Shown here: positions 39,447 to 51,397 of the stretch, piece after piece
Layout: each line of letters starts with the position of its first letter
Numbering within the stretch: position 1 is the first letter of the stretch
Assembly (NCBI GenBank): GCA_964016885.1
Contig: OZ024742.1
Coordinates: forward strand, 219,232,001-219,296,000
DNA length: 64,000 nucleotides
Source: Eledone cirrhosa
Lineage: Eukaryota
Reading direction: 5' to 3'
The notes under the pieces: generated by a model
Told to the model about the DNA's origin: nothing
Database searches by the model: none
What the model saw: the letters and a program-made list of their open reading frames with translations, nothing else
Translations under genes and position numbers: made by a program

Positions 39447-40420
39447 CAGGGTTGTTCAGTTCTTTGAGGACATTTGCATGAATTTAGTAAAAGACGCATA
39501 AATCACGAAAGAAGAGCTTTATTTGGAAAAAGAATTGACATGAATAATCTTGAGATTCTCCTTGGCGCATCTATTTGATGAATTCACCGTTAGCATCGAC
39601 GATTGCTTTAATATGAGGTCTGAAACGTTGACATGCCCAAATCAGATGATCTTTATCTATTTTGGACATTGTGTTAGTTATGGCGGACTTCAGAGATTTT
39701 ATAGTGTTACGAGGGAGTTTATTGATTGCTTCTCGACTACGCTCCGTACGCAGTAGTCAAACGGATTCAGGTCTGGGGAGCTAAGAGACCATATGTTTCG
39801 GGTAACATGATCGTGGAGATTGTAACTTGTCCATTATTTGGTTGTCTTGGCCTTATAAGATAGGGCAGAGTCTTGTTGGTAGGCATACAGTCATCTTTTG
39901 CTCATGCTCTCTATCGAAGTCTTCATAACCCTCTCCAACACCTCATTATAGTCAGCAGTATCGATCCTTAAGCCGATTCCCAGAACCATCATAGTTGCCG
40001 GAAACTTTATGTGCATGACTGTTGGATCATCTTTAGGGTTTCTACTTAACCATTTATCATTCCTTCAGTTGACCTTTTCGTCCTGATCAATTTTTTTCTA
40101 TCAGAGAAAAACCAAGGCATTCCAGGCTATTGATGTTTCATCATGCACAACAAGCGCTTTGCGCGAATCAGGTGATTATCTTTTGTCTTTTCAGACATGA
40201 ATTAGCCTCTCTAATTATATATATGACTTCTATTGAAGGTCCCCATTCACAATTCTTCCAATAGGGCACCTTGAAACCTTGAGCTCCTTAGCAATAGCAC
40301 TAATTGACACAATATCGCTAATTGACACTGGGTTTTCATCGCTAGTTTTCTGCACCTTTTGTACAAATTTGGGTATTCTGATAGTATTAGCAGACGTTTT
40401 GCGTTTGGCTACTGTAAGTA
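39447..40420 (-). mobile_element. maT-type (DD37D) Tc1/mariner transposon remnant
   Basis: Minus strand WFFSD...QQD-(37 aa)-D including WSLSSPDLNPFDY; the end at 39447 reads TA-CAGGGT. Confidence 0.8.
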
Positions 40421-40727
40421 TTTAAAGATGTGGTCATAACACAGCGACCTCAGCAGCCGTGTATGAACGTCGTATACATGTATTTCAAGATTATATATAC
40501 ATCTTAAGCAACGCTTACAGTGTTATTTCTAATTAATACTGACCCGTCAAGCTTGCACTATATGCAAATCATTTTTTTTTTTTTTTTTTTTTTTTTGCAA
40601 ATCTATATACATGAAGATATTAGTTTCTACGATCTAGTACCGAATAAGTGTCAATAAAGATGGGTTAATGATCCTGAAATACAAATATGCGGCGTTCTTA
40701 CACGGTCAATGAAGTAGCAATGATTTG

Positions 40728-40778
<51 letters not shown>

Positions 40779-40875
40779 CGAATGTAACGTCCAGTTACTG
40801 TAGGTTCACCAGGGTGAGCACTCGATGCGTAATTTCCAGTAAGTATAGAGGTGTAGTACTAAGCAGAGTGTAGTA

Positions 40876-41074
40876 ATAATAATAATTGTTTCTACTATTG
40901 GCACAAGGCCAGCAATTATCGCAGTGCATTACTGGTACTTTATTTTATCGACCTCGTATGGATGAAAGGCAAAGTTAACCTCGGCGGGATGTGAACTCAG
41001 ACCATAAAGGAGCGTAACTCTATGCTGGAAAGCACGGCGTCCGACTCTCTACCGATATTGACAATTCACCGCCC
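40876..41074 (-). mobile_element. tRNA-derived SINE, full length
   Basis: Reverse complement of the 931-1123 family; inserted in (TAA)n. Confidence 0.85.
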
Positions 41075-41076
41075 TT

Positions 41077-41130
<54 letters not shown>

Positions 41131-41233
41131 GGACGATTTGTTATGTCTTCATTACGTTTATTGAGAAGTGACGCGTGTTTCGCTATTAAACATCTGTATC
41201 GATATGATCGATCTAGCCCGACTCTGGAGACAG

Positions 41234-41338
<105 letters not shown>

Positions 41339-41362
41339 CATACATACATATGTATGTATGTA

Positions 41363-41398
<36 letters not shown>

Positions 41399-41728
41399 GG
41401 CCCAAATCTATTTTAGCTTATCCGTCTCCATAGAAGAACATCTGTCACCAGGAGATAGAGAGGACCAAGGGGAGAATAAGCCTGAAATAGAAGGAGAGAA
41501 AAAAGAAATATATGTGTACGTGTGGAGACTTCAAAATCGTTTTTAGTTAACTCTTACTGGGGCATGTAAATAAATATAGAAATAAAGATACACACTACTA
41601 AATGGCAAATATATGTATGTATATTTTTGATTCAGTAGTATTTACATGTACATACATGCATACATAAATACACAAATACATACCTACATGCGTACATAAA
41701 CAGGCACGCACGCACACACACACACACA

Positions 41729-41821
<93 letters not shown>

Positions 41822-42246
41822 AGTAGGGACGCACAGGACAAAGACAATGAAAAAAACAACGGAAAGACTGACAGTCCTATCTCCTCAGTCAACCTCAGGA
41901 AATCCCTATGGTTTCGGATCATTAAGGTCGATACCATTCATTCCAATGCATATTGTGATATAACAAAACAGGTAGAGACAAGTTATGCCTTTAGGCAAAA
42001 TACACAAATATAGAGTGCGCAGGGGCTTAGCCAAAGGAGAAAAAAAAATTAGAAAGGAGAGAAATTGTAAAACAGAAGAAAATAAGAACTCTAGTCCAAC
42101 GTGCAGACAAAGAAGGACACCGCAGCGAAGGAAATGTAAGAAGGGAGAATAGAGGAAAACAGGCCGGGCGGTAATGTCTATTTTATGATTGTATCAAAAA
42201 GGCCAATATGACTAAGTCATTAGAATATAAATTGAAAGTAGGGGCG

Positions 42247-42366
<120 letters not shown>

Positions 42367-42472
42367 AAAGTTCTATTTAAATTGTTGGGATACAACAAGC
42401 AAATATTTTTATAACTGATATAAAGCACTCGACAAGTATTTGGAGTATTATTTATAAAACTGGTATATATTG

Positions 42473-42537
42473 TATTTTATCTGATGAAGGCATACCATAA
42501 TTTAACATGGTATCCTTGAAATAAGTATAATGAAATA
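42473..42537 (+). ncRNA. Type-I hammerhead ribozyme (37158 family)
   Basis: tattttat-CTGATGA-aggcatacca...tggtatcctt-GAAA-taagta-TA-atgaaata. Confidence 0.7.
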
Positions 42538-42674
42538 AATATGGTTTTATAAATATAGTTTCCATTTATTAATATCGTATATATATATATATCGATGCGT
42601 AGTCTCCAGTATGTATTTTGGGGATTGTACTAGGCAGAGTGTAATAATAATAAGTATGGACGAGGTTTCAAATG

Positions 42675-42720
<46 letters not shown>

Positions 42721-42723
42721 AGT

Positions 42724-42914
42724 AATAATAATTGTTTCTACTTTAGGCACAAGGCCAGCAATTACCCAGTGCATTACTGGTACTTTATTTTATCGACCCC
42801 GTAAGGATGAAAGGTAAAGTCAACCTCGGCGGGATTTGAACTCAGATCGTAAAGGGACGTAACTATGCTGGAAAGCATGGCGTCCGACCCTCTACCGATA
42901 CAGCCAATCCACCG
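42724..42914 (-). mobile_element. tRNA-derived SINE, full length
   Basis: Reverse complement of the 931-1123 family; TSD-like GTGTGTAGTAATAATAA on both sides. Confidence 0.85.
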
Positions 42915-42919
42915 TGTGT

Positions 42920-43090
42920 AGTAATAATAATAATAATTGTGAAGACTAAAATCCAAAGAAGGCTCGATAAGGATAAATATATATCAAATATATAAAAACC
43001 ATAGAGCAAATATTTATAAAAAGAAGATCCGTTAAGAGAGAAAGCAGCGATTCTTTGCTTAAACTTTAATCTGTTATTTTAATAAATAAA
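42920..43090. mobile_element. Miniature derivative of the Naiad-like pLTR (inverted end joined to the HHR segment); similar piece at 7725-7810
   Basis: 42920-43018 is the reverse complement of about 30955-31048; 43022-43088 matches 30893-30960. Confidence 0.75.
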
Positions 43091-43097
43091 TATATAT

Positions 43098-43551
43098 ATG
43101 GTCTGTAATGCGAAGAAATACCTATGATGGCTAGTAGACCACTGATGATGGATAGTCCTGGCTTCTATTTCTAATTCGTTATTATGTATATCATATTTGC
43201 AACAACACAGCTCGCCATTTTTCATTCATATATGCTTTCCCCTTCGCTGTGACCTGTCTTTTTCCTCTTCCCTTACTGCTATCCTCTTTCTCTCTCCCTC
43301 TTCTCTCTCCTTCTCCCTCTTACTTTCACTCACCCCCTCTGCTCGTCACCCTCTCTCGGCTAGCCTCTTCCTCACACATTCACTCACTCACTCTCTGCTA
43401 CTCACCCTCTCTCTCACTTCCTCCATGGTCTGTAATGCGAAGAAATACCTATGATGGCTAGTAGACCACTGATGATGGATAGTCCCGGCTTTTATTTCTA
43501 ATTCTTTATTATATATATCATATCTGCAACAACACAGCTCACCATTTTTCA

Positions 43552-43556
<5 letters not shown>
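43098..43556 (+). repeat. Partial tandem repeat (about 130-bp direct repeats, about 327-bp period), TA-flanked
   Basis: 43098-43229 matches 43425-43556; contains GACCACTGATGA. Confidence 0.8.
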
Positions 43557-43640
<84 letters not shown>

Positions 43641-43924
43641 ATATATATATATATATCAGCAGAAAATGCACATAGATACATTAAGCGAAGAGAGAGAGCT
43701 CCATATACTTCGTCAGCCACTTTGCTTTTGTACAATTTCGTGCACTAAATAATGGTAGTTTACGCAAAAGATTGTAGAACCTCTTTGATGCCAAGATGCA
43801 TGTGGGATGGTAACACAACAAAGAATGGACAGGAACATTTACAGGAGTCTTTCAGCAAAAACAGATATAAACGCTATACGCACGTGCATAATCATATATT
43901 ACTTGCTGGCCCGACTCACAGAGG

Positions 43925-44165
43925 TAACGTAGACGTTCGCTAGGATGTCACCGAACAAGTCTGGCATGTTTGTGTAAAGCTTGTAGGCAGACCATCTAAC
44001 CCAGGGGATTTTCCCCTCGTGCAGCTACCCATTGCGTCCCATATTTCCTCGGCTGATATCGGTATTTCGTAACACTCCGCCTCCCAGGATGAGAGCCGCA
44101 GTAGGTCATGGGCGTAGGCTCTGAAATCCATCCCTCGACCCAACACGTCACCGCTCCACAACAGG
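43925..44165 (-). mobile_element. L1/Tx1-type LINE ORF2 fragment
   Basis: IPISAEEIWDAMGSCTRGKSPGLDGLP motif, typical of the region upstream of the RT domain. Confidence 0.7.
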
Positions 44166-44324
44166 ATAAACCGTCTAACCCATGCTAGCGTGGAAGAATG
44201 GAGATAAAATGGTGATGATGATAAGATGAAAGTAGAAGATATATGTATATATATATATATATAGGAAAATGTTGAAGGCCCCGACGGCAGAGCTCAAGCC
44301 GTTTATATATATATAGAGAGAGAA

Positions 44325-44429
<105 letters not shown>

Positions 44430-44433
44430 ACCA

Positions 44434-45223
44434 TCTAAACTATAATAAAGGAAGGTCTGCGTTAGTAAAATAAGTTGGATTACTTTGAATAAATAATTGT
44501 TTCTACTTTTGGCACAAGGCCAGCAATTATCCCAGTGCATTACTGGTACTTTATTTTATCAACCCCGTAAGGATGAAAGGCAAAGTTAACCTCGGCGGGA
44601 TTTGAACTCAGAATAGCAAGGGCCGTAACTCTAGGCGTCAAAGCATGGCGTCCGACCCTTTACCGATACTGCTTGAATAAATAATTGTTTCTACTTTAGG
44701 CACAAGGCCAGCAATTACTCAGTTCATTACTGGTACTTTATTTTATCGACCCTGTAAGGATGAAAGGCAAAGAATGAATGAATATTACATAATTTATCTA
44801 CTAAATTTCGTAAACAAAAATAATTTCGTAAAAATAAATAATTTAAAATTGACTTCTTTTCAAAGTTGCACTTCCGGTATATCGTTGCCACCACCACCAC
44901 TTCAACTACCATATATATAGAAAGAGAGAGCGTGTGATGTCAACACTTCCGGTGGCGATCTCTTAAATAAACATACCAATTTTCTGTCACTAATTTTCTC
45001 CTAATGCAGTTTATATATAATATCGTCTTTTTTAATGTATCATGGATTACATTACTGATTACATAAGACAGTGTAACAACGTCTTCGTTCAATTTCTGTT
45101 TATATTGTCAATTACGATTTTATTTGATGTATCATATCTATATGTATATATACTTGCGTATAATATCAATATACACACTACACATGCTAGCAGAAAAGCA
45201 CTCGAAGGGTTTTTTTCTGCTAG
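44434..45223 (+). mobile_element. Non-autonomous Helitron with internal SINEs (paralog of 11119-11798)
   Basis: Same 5' TCTAAACTATAATAAAG and 3' hairpin-CTAG; SINE at 44492-44672(-) plus a partial SINE at 44680-44771(-). Confidence 0.75.
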
Positions 45224-45819
45224 TATATCCTAAGAAGACAGTATATTGTATATATACTAAATACATATTACAGGGAACATGTTCTCAAGAAGGAATCAAA
45301 AGTGACCCTAGGGTGCCATTTCATTAACTGTAAGCTGTGATTTAAAATCGATCTATGTGAATGGTTATCGGGTTCTTTCTCTCTCTAAATATATATACAA
45401 ATATCTTCTACTTTTGACTTAATATTGCTCTGGATAATGTTTATTGAGCTAATTTATTGAGAAGCACATAATTCTAACATATTTAATATGTTACATTTGT
45501 GTGTATATATATATATAAAAGACATGGTCAGCCGACCGGACACTGCCCACAACAGGACAACCCGTATAACCCATGCTAGCATGGAAGAAAGGACGTAAAA
45601 CGGTGATGATGATGATGATATATATATATATATATATAAATAGATAAATAAATAAATAAATTATCGCTCTACATGGCTGAATACAATAAATGTAATCTGA
45701 GTTTTTCGAATATTAATAATAATATTCGATTCGTTTGCAATTATGCAAACAGCCTCATTTTTAAAGCCATGTCAGTAGAATGAGCCCCTCATTCTTGCTC
45801 TTGTGTTAGTATGTAAACA

Positions 45820-45869
45820 GAACTGCAGACACTAATGTTTCTGGGTATTACCCTTCATCAGTGCAGTTC
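45820..45869 (-). ncRNA. Type-I hammerhead ribozyme, canonical
   Basis: Minus strand gaactgca-CTGATGA-agggtaataccca-GAAA-cattagtg-TC-tgcagttc; perfect 8-bp stem I and GUC site. Confidence 0.88.
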
Positions 45870-46058
45870 ACTGTTCACCTGCCAATTGTCAGAGCTAGTG
45901 AAAATATATGATATTTTCTGAAATATACAGTGACTGATCAGCCTGATTTGCATATTAGCAGATCCACTGATCAGCCAGATTAATGGCCAGCTTTGCTAAT
46001 AGAACTCACAACATTAAGTTCTTGTCTGAATATGTCACTATCTGTAAACCAACTTTTG

Positions 46059-46119
46059 TATTTTATCTGATGAGAGCATACCAAAATTTTGGTACCCTTG
46101 AAATATATATAATAAAATA
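46059..46119 (+). ncRNA. Type-I hammerhead ribozyme (37158 family)
   Basis: tattttat-CTGATGA-gagcataccaaaattttggtaccctt-GAAA-tatata-TA-ataaaata. Confidence 0.78.
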
Positions 46120-46599
46120 AATATGGTTTTATAAAGATAGCTTCCATTTATTAATATTATTGATATTATACTCCAGAAGAAAACTGTTGAGTGCTTCTAA
46201 TCTGTTATAAATTAAATTTGTTGAATAATCAACAAATTAAATAACTCATTGCTTATATATCTATGTACAGAGAGAGAGGGAGAGAGAAAGAGAGAGAGAG
46301 AGAGACTACCGTACTGAGTCCGGACGACCACTGATCATGAGAATACTCAATATATGGGGAGATGCAGAGTGGGTAAAAAGATATGTAAAATCCCGGCTAC
46401 AGCACCAAGCAGTTTCAGCTTGGCACCATGGTCAGGATTTTACATAATATATATGAATCTCAAAAATGACTGATTGAATACGTACATTTATTTTTTCTCA
46501 TTTTTTTTTCTCCTCCTTCGTCTTCTCTCTCTTTTTATCTTTCTATTTTGGCCAATCCCTCCTCTCTTAGAAATGGTAGCTCAGACAGTATATTTGTCC

Positions 46600-47176
46600 A
46601 AGTGGAGATGTTTCACAGCCATTTCAGTGGGTTTCTCTGACTCGCAGAACACTTTGTTCTAAGAGAAAGTGGGCTTCATCAAATGTCAGCAGCAAATTCA
46701 GAAAATTTAGGTTGTTTTCCATCTTCTTTAACATTTTCTCATTTGTAGCCTTTCTCTTGGTCTTATCAGCTACAATAAGCTTTTGTTTAGTCTGTATTCT
46801 GTTGGGGTACTTCTTAAGATTCTCTTTGACAACTCTTCTGCAAGTTTCTGCAGAGAGACCCAAGGATTGGCTTCTCCTGCACAGCAATCATTTTGGGCTC
46901 TGTTCAACAGTGTCTCAGACCATGTGAATAACTTCCTGTGTATGCTTTCTGGTTCGTCAAGAGTGCGTAGGATGGTCCTCAGACATTGTATTGAGGTTTT
47001 CCTCTGTCTTACATGCCTGAAACTTATTCATCCAGTATTGTATTTTAAAGGAGATTTTAAAGGGCGATCTGTTTTTTTATAAAAAATGCATGTCCTGAAA
47101 TTTAAGGTTGATCAATTAGAAAATGAATATACAGTGACATAAAAGATGCACAGGGCCAGTTTTTTTAGTCACCCTG
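46600..47176 (-). mobile_element. Tc1/mariner transposon 5' half (HTH plus first catalytic Asp; DD41D/rosa-like)
   Basis: RRSQSLGLS...RVVKENLKKYPNRIQTKQKL...FDEAHF; terminus TA-CAGGGTG on the minus strand. Confidence 0.75.
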
Positions 47177-47225
47177 TATATAAATACATACACATATCCA
47201 CATATATATGCATATATATATACAT

Positions 47226-47256
<31 letters not shown>

Positions 47257-47257
<1 letters not shown>

Positions 47258-47442
47258 GAGGGTCATAGGCTGACTATGAAGGATTGATGCTAGAGCTGAG
47301 AAATCTTGCATGAATTAATTTCAACTCTTCTTACTAATAGCTATATTTTTTCTTTCCAGGGATTAAGTTGAAAAATAAACTTCATTTGGTCATTCCATGA
47401 GAGTATCTTGGTCAGCCTATGAACTTTTCAGCTGACCCTTGT
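47257..47442. mobile_element. Mariner-like MITE
   Basis: GAGGGTCA..TAGGCTGAC and GTCAGCCTATGAACTTTTCAGCTGACCCT inverted ends in TA context. Confidence 0.55.
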
Positions 47443-47456
47443 ATATATATATATAC

Positions 47457-48304
47457 AAAACTCTGACTCCATCAGGGAAATGGCCATGTTCGATATGCAG
47501 AAAAGGAACTGGCATAAATTCTATAAAATGCACACAATGCAGATCCTGGGTACACAAGAAATGTAGCGGGATAGCAGGCAAACTAACAGGTAGGGAGAAA
47601 TATGTATGCAGTAGATGTACAGGGAAATTAGACAGTAGAAGTCGCATTGATAGACACATTTTTTAAATGCAGGAGGGTGCTATAGAAGTGGTGGATAGCT
47701 TCCGGTACCTAGGAGATCAGATTAGCATGGGAGGAGGGTGTTCCGAGGCCATAGTATCTAGAATAAGGACGGGTTGGAAGAAGTTTAGGGAGCTGACGAA
47801 GAAGGGTTTCTCCCTGCGTACGAAAGGCCGGTTGTATGATACCTGTGTGAGGAGCGCAATGCTGCATGGTAGTGAGACATGGGCTGCAACTGCAGAGGAT
47901 ATGCGATGGCTGGAGAGAAATGAGGCAAGCATGCTCCGTTGGATGTGCAATGTGAATGTGCGTGAACGACCCAGCATGAATGTGTTGAGGGAGAAACTGT
48001 GTCTGAGAGGGATAGAATGTAGTGTACGGGAGAGGAGACTGAGGTGGTATGGACATGTGATGCGCATGGAAGATGACCGATGGGTGAAGAAGTGCCAGGA
48101 AATGCCAGTTGAAGGAAGACGTGGTAGAGGTAGACCACGAAAAACATGGGCAGAGGTAGTAACAGACCTCAGATCGTTGAAGCTCACGGTGGAGATGACG
48201 AAGGACCGTGACGTGTGGAGAGATGCTGTGCTGAATAAGACCCGTCCCACCCTTGCAAGCAGTGAAAAGTGGACGTAAGATGATGATGATGATGATGATG
48301 ATGA
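47457..48304 (+). mobile_element. RTE-X-type LINE 3' fragment with (GAT)n tail
   Basis: KWPCSICRKG...CTQCRSWVHKKC finger, FRYLG, MLHGSETW, RRLRWYGHV, RGRGRPRKTW; similar 3' ends at about 7375-7420(-), 44170-44225, 45540-45620 and 61585-61970. Confidence 0.9.
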
Positions 48305-49088
48305 TATATATATAAACAAATAGAAAAGTAAGCTCTTTAAAACAATTGTTTAGTCCTCTGAAATATACACCTGAACACTATTGTAGGTTGACAATTTATT
48401 GAGGTTGCAATAAAAATACAAAAAAAAAAACACATCAAAAAGAAAACAGCTAGAACTTACTAAAGTCTTGATAGTCCATTAGAACCCACAACAACAAGGA
48501 GCTAATAAAAAAGTTGTAAAATTATGGGATAGGTCCATTCATGTCTAATGAGGAGAAGCTTTGCAGCCAACCAATCAATGCATCCAATAAAGTCAGATGT
48601 TTTAGAAAACAATATTTTGAATTAAACAACAGATAAATATGAGGAAAGGAACTACACTTATAAAGTATTTGGGTTATTTATGTTGTAATGTCTAATAGGT
48701 ATGTAAAACTGTCTTCTACTGCTAAATATTTATAAACAATTTCATATTATGTTTTTCATGTTTAATTTATATTTTTTCATGTATAATTATAGTCAAATTA
48801 GTATAATAGTTATAATTATTAGTATATTTATTTTCACTGTTCTCACTTAAACCTTACTTAACAACAGCCATTAGCAGTTTCTTTTACTTTAACATTCAAA
48901 ATATTATTTTCATTTTTATCCCTGTATGAACTTGTTTTTTACCTGTTTGCTTTAAACTCATAGTATTTTATCTTTTCTCTTATATTATATTAATTTTTTC
49001 AATATATGCACATTAAAAATCAATTATATTTTAAATGTCAGCTTTCTTTTGTTTATCTAAACATATATATATATATATATATGAAATA

Positions 49089-49910
49089 TATGAAATATAA
49101 GAATCAAAGAACTGTTCAAAACATTATTGTGCTTACAGCTGTTTCCTCCAAACCGAGGTTTGGATTCTTCGGAGCAATTTATTAATGCATGGACATCCCT
49201 GCGCTGTGCATCTCCAATACTTATAACACTTTTAATGCTTGCACTATCTTTAATGCTTATAATATTTCTCCACACACAGACTACATCAATCATATAAAGA
49301 CTTTGCCACCAGATCTACCAACCTAACACTCTTATTTACCTACCTAAGTGCCTCTACCACACATATCTCTCTGCCACACTATATAAACAAGACGCACATG
49401 CGTGCCACACATATAACATTTGCACTATATAACCACTTATCTTCATGTTGTACTTTAACCTATATCTTTGATTTTTGATTGTACCTATTAATATAAATGT
49501 AATCTCGAAGTGTGTACTGCCACTCTAAATTCTGTAATGAATGTTGACCCACAATGTTTGAATATGTATCAATGTTTGAATATGTATTGGTATGTCTCTC
49601 GGCTGAAAAGGAGGTCATATAACTGTCCATGCATTAATAAATTGCTCCGAAGAATCCAAACCTCGGTTTGGAGGAAACAGCTGTAAGCACAATAATGTTT
49701 TGAACAGTTCTTTGATTCTTATATTTCATATAACTGCTCTGTAAATCATCTGATGTTTTTACATTGAGCTACTTAACTTACTGGTAATAAGGTAGTAATA
49801 CATTACTGCCTACCACTATTTAGGGTGTGTGTAAAATACTTACAACTGCTTAAGGTTTTGTGTTTACATAACCATAAATAGTATAACTAATACTAACTAA
49901 TACTATATAT
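49089..49910 (+). mobile_element. Non-coding PLE-type element with inverted 5' copy of its HHR segment
   Basis: 49089-49195 is the reverse complement of 49624-49730; TA-flanked. Confidence 0.75.
49643..49689 (+). ncRNA. Minimal type-I hammerhead ribozyme, U4C variant
   Basis: tgct-CCGAAGA-atccaaacc(tc)ggtttggag-GAAA-cagctg-TA-agca. Confidence 0.7.
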
Positions 49911-50865
49911 ATATATATATATTTGGTTGTACAATTTAAATATCCTTGGATATATGCATTCTATATCTAAGGATGTAATTTTTGTTGCATTATTGATTTC
50001 CTCTTGACCAAGCACAAACAATTTACTTAGAGTTCTAAATCATTTTGCCTTTCATCCTTACGGGGTCGATTAAAATAAAGTACCAGTAATGCACTGGGTA
50101 TGTGCTGGCCTTGTGCCAAAAGTAGAAACAATTATTTATATAAGAGATGGAAAATGTGTACCAGTTGTATATTAGTGTTTGGGTGTTTGATTTTATAATT
50201 CACACATCTCTCATCCATGATATGCCTAGTTATAAGAAATCAATATCTTTATAACATCTATTACATTATAATTTGTAGAAAGAAACAAAACCAAACTGGA
50301 ATAAAAGTCAGATATAGTTCAGCTTTACATAGAAAGATAGTCTGGCTAACTTAATATACACCCCACCTCACCCATAATATTCTTGTGAACTTCTTTAACT
50401 CCAGCTGTGTTCTTAAGAAATAGGACTGACCATTCCATCTCTTTAAAATTTATTTAGGACTATGTTATGAATTGAATTGTGCTACTTTTCAAGATGGTAA
50501 AGTGTTATTTAAGGGACATTTGGCTGCTATTTCTAGCAGGTTGAGTGACCAATCTGGAGGCCTCCTTCATTAGCTCTTAGTGGCTGAGTGTGATTCAAGG
50601 GGAATTTAGCTCCTGTTGTTGAGCAACTTGAATCTCCCATCAAAGTTAGATGAAAGCTTGGATAAAAATGTTCTTAGAATTTTTGAAAGTATATCATAAT
50701 TAATCAAAGAGTTATTAAATAGTTATTAAATAATTGTTTCTACTTTAGGCACAAGGCCAGCAATTATCCAGTGCATTACTGATACTTTATTTTATCGACC
50801 CCATATTAAATAATACAACTAAATCATAAAATTAATATTTTGATGTTACAGGAACCAGAGTCGAC

Positions 50866-51397
50866 ATGGAGAAGGTGTTTTCATTTGATTCACCTGAATA
50901 TGAGGACCAAGACAATGTAACAGGAAAGAATTGTGAACCAAACATTGAAAATGAAGCAACTCCATTCCCTGAAAATACTCTTGAAATTTTGCAGGAAACC
51001 AATAATTTATTGTTTTACCCCAGCTTTGAGGACATTAGCAATACTAGCAGTAGTTCACCACAGCAAAATAATGATTCCAATAACCTCAAATGGTTCAAAA
51101 TGTTAACCCAGGAATGCCATTATGACTCTCTTAAACTAAGCAGTGAAAATATATCTGACATTGACCTGGGGGGTCAAATTGACTTCAATTCTGAATTAAA
51201 TTATGGCACTTCATGGCCTGAAAACAAAGAGGGAAATTCTTTTGAAGATTTTATTCCATCTATTTCATCTGAACTAAATAGAAGTGGACAATCAAGGAAC
51301 TGGTTTTCTTCATGGTCTAGTGATTCTCAGATATCAAACTGTAAACCAGAATACCAGGCATGTTTATTTTCAGAAGACCATTACTCTTCCACTGGCA
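50866..51397 (+). CDS. ETS transcription factor, first coding exon (acidic, Ser-rich N-terminus)
   Basis: Acceptor TTACAG at 50851, ATG at 50866, open frame to a phase-1 donor A|GTAAGG that matches the next exon. Confidence 0.7.

Noticed and set aside
47439-47666. Host PHD-finger gene
   Set aside because: The finger is contiguous with RTE-X ORF2 C-terminal motifs and a (GAT)n tail
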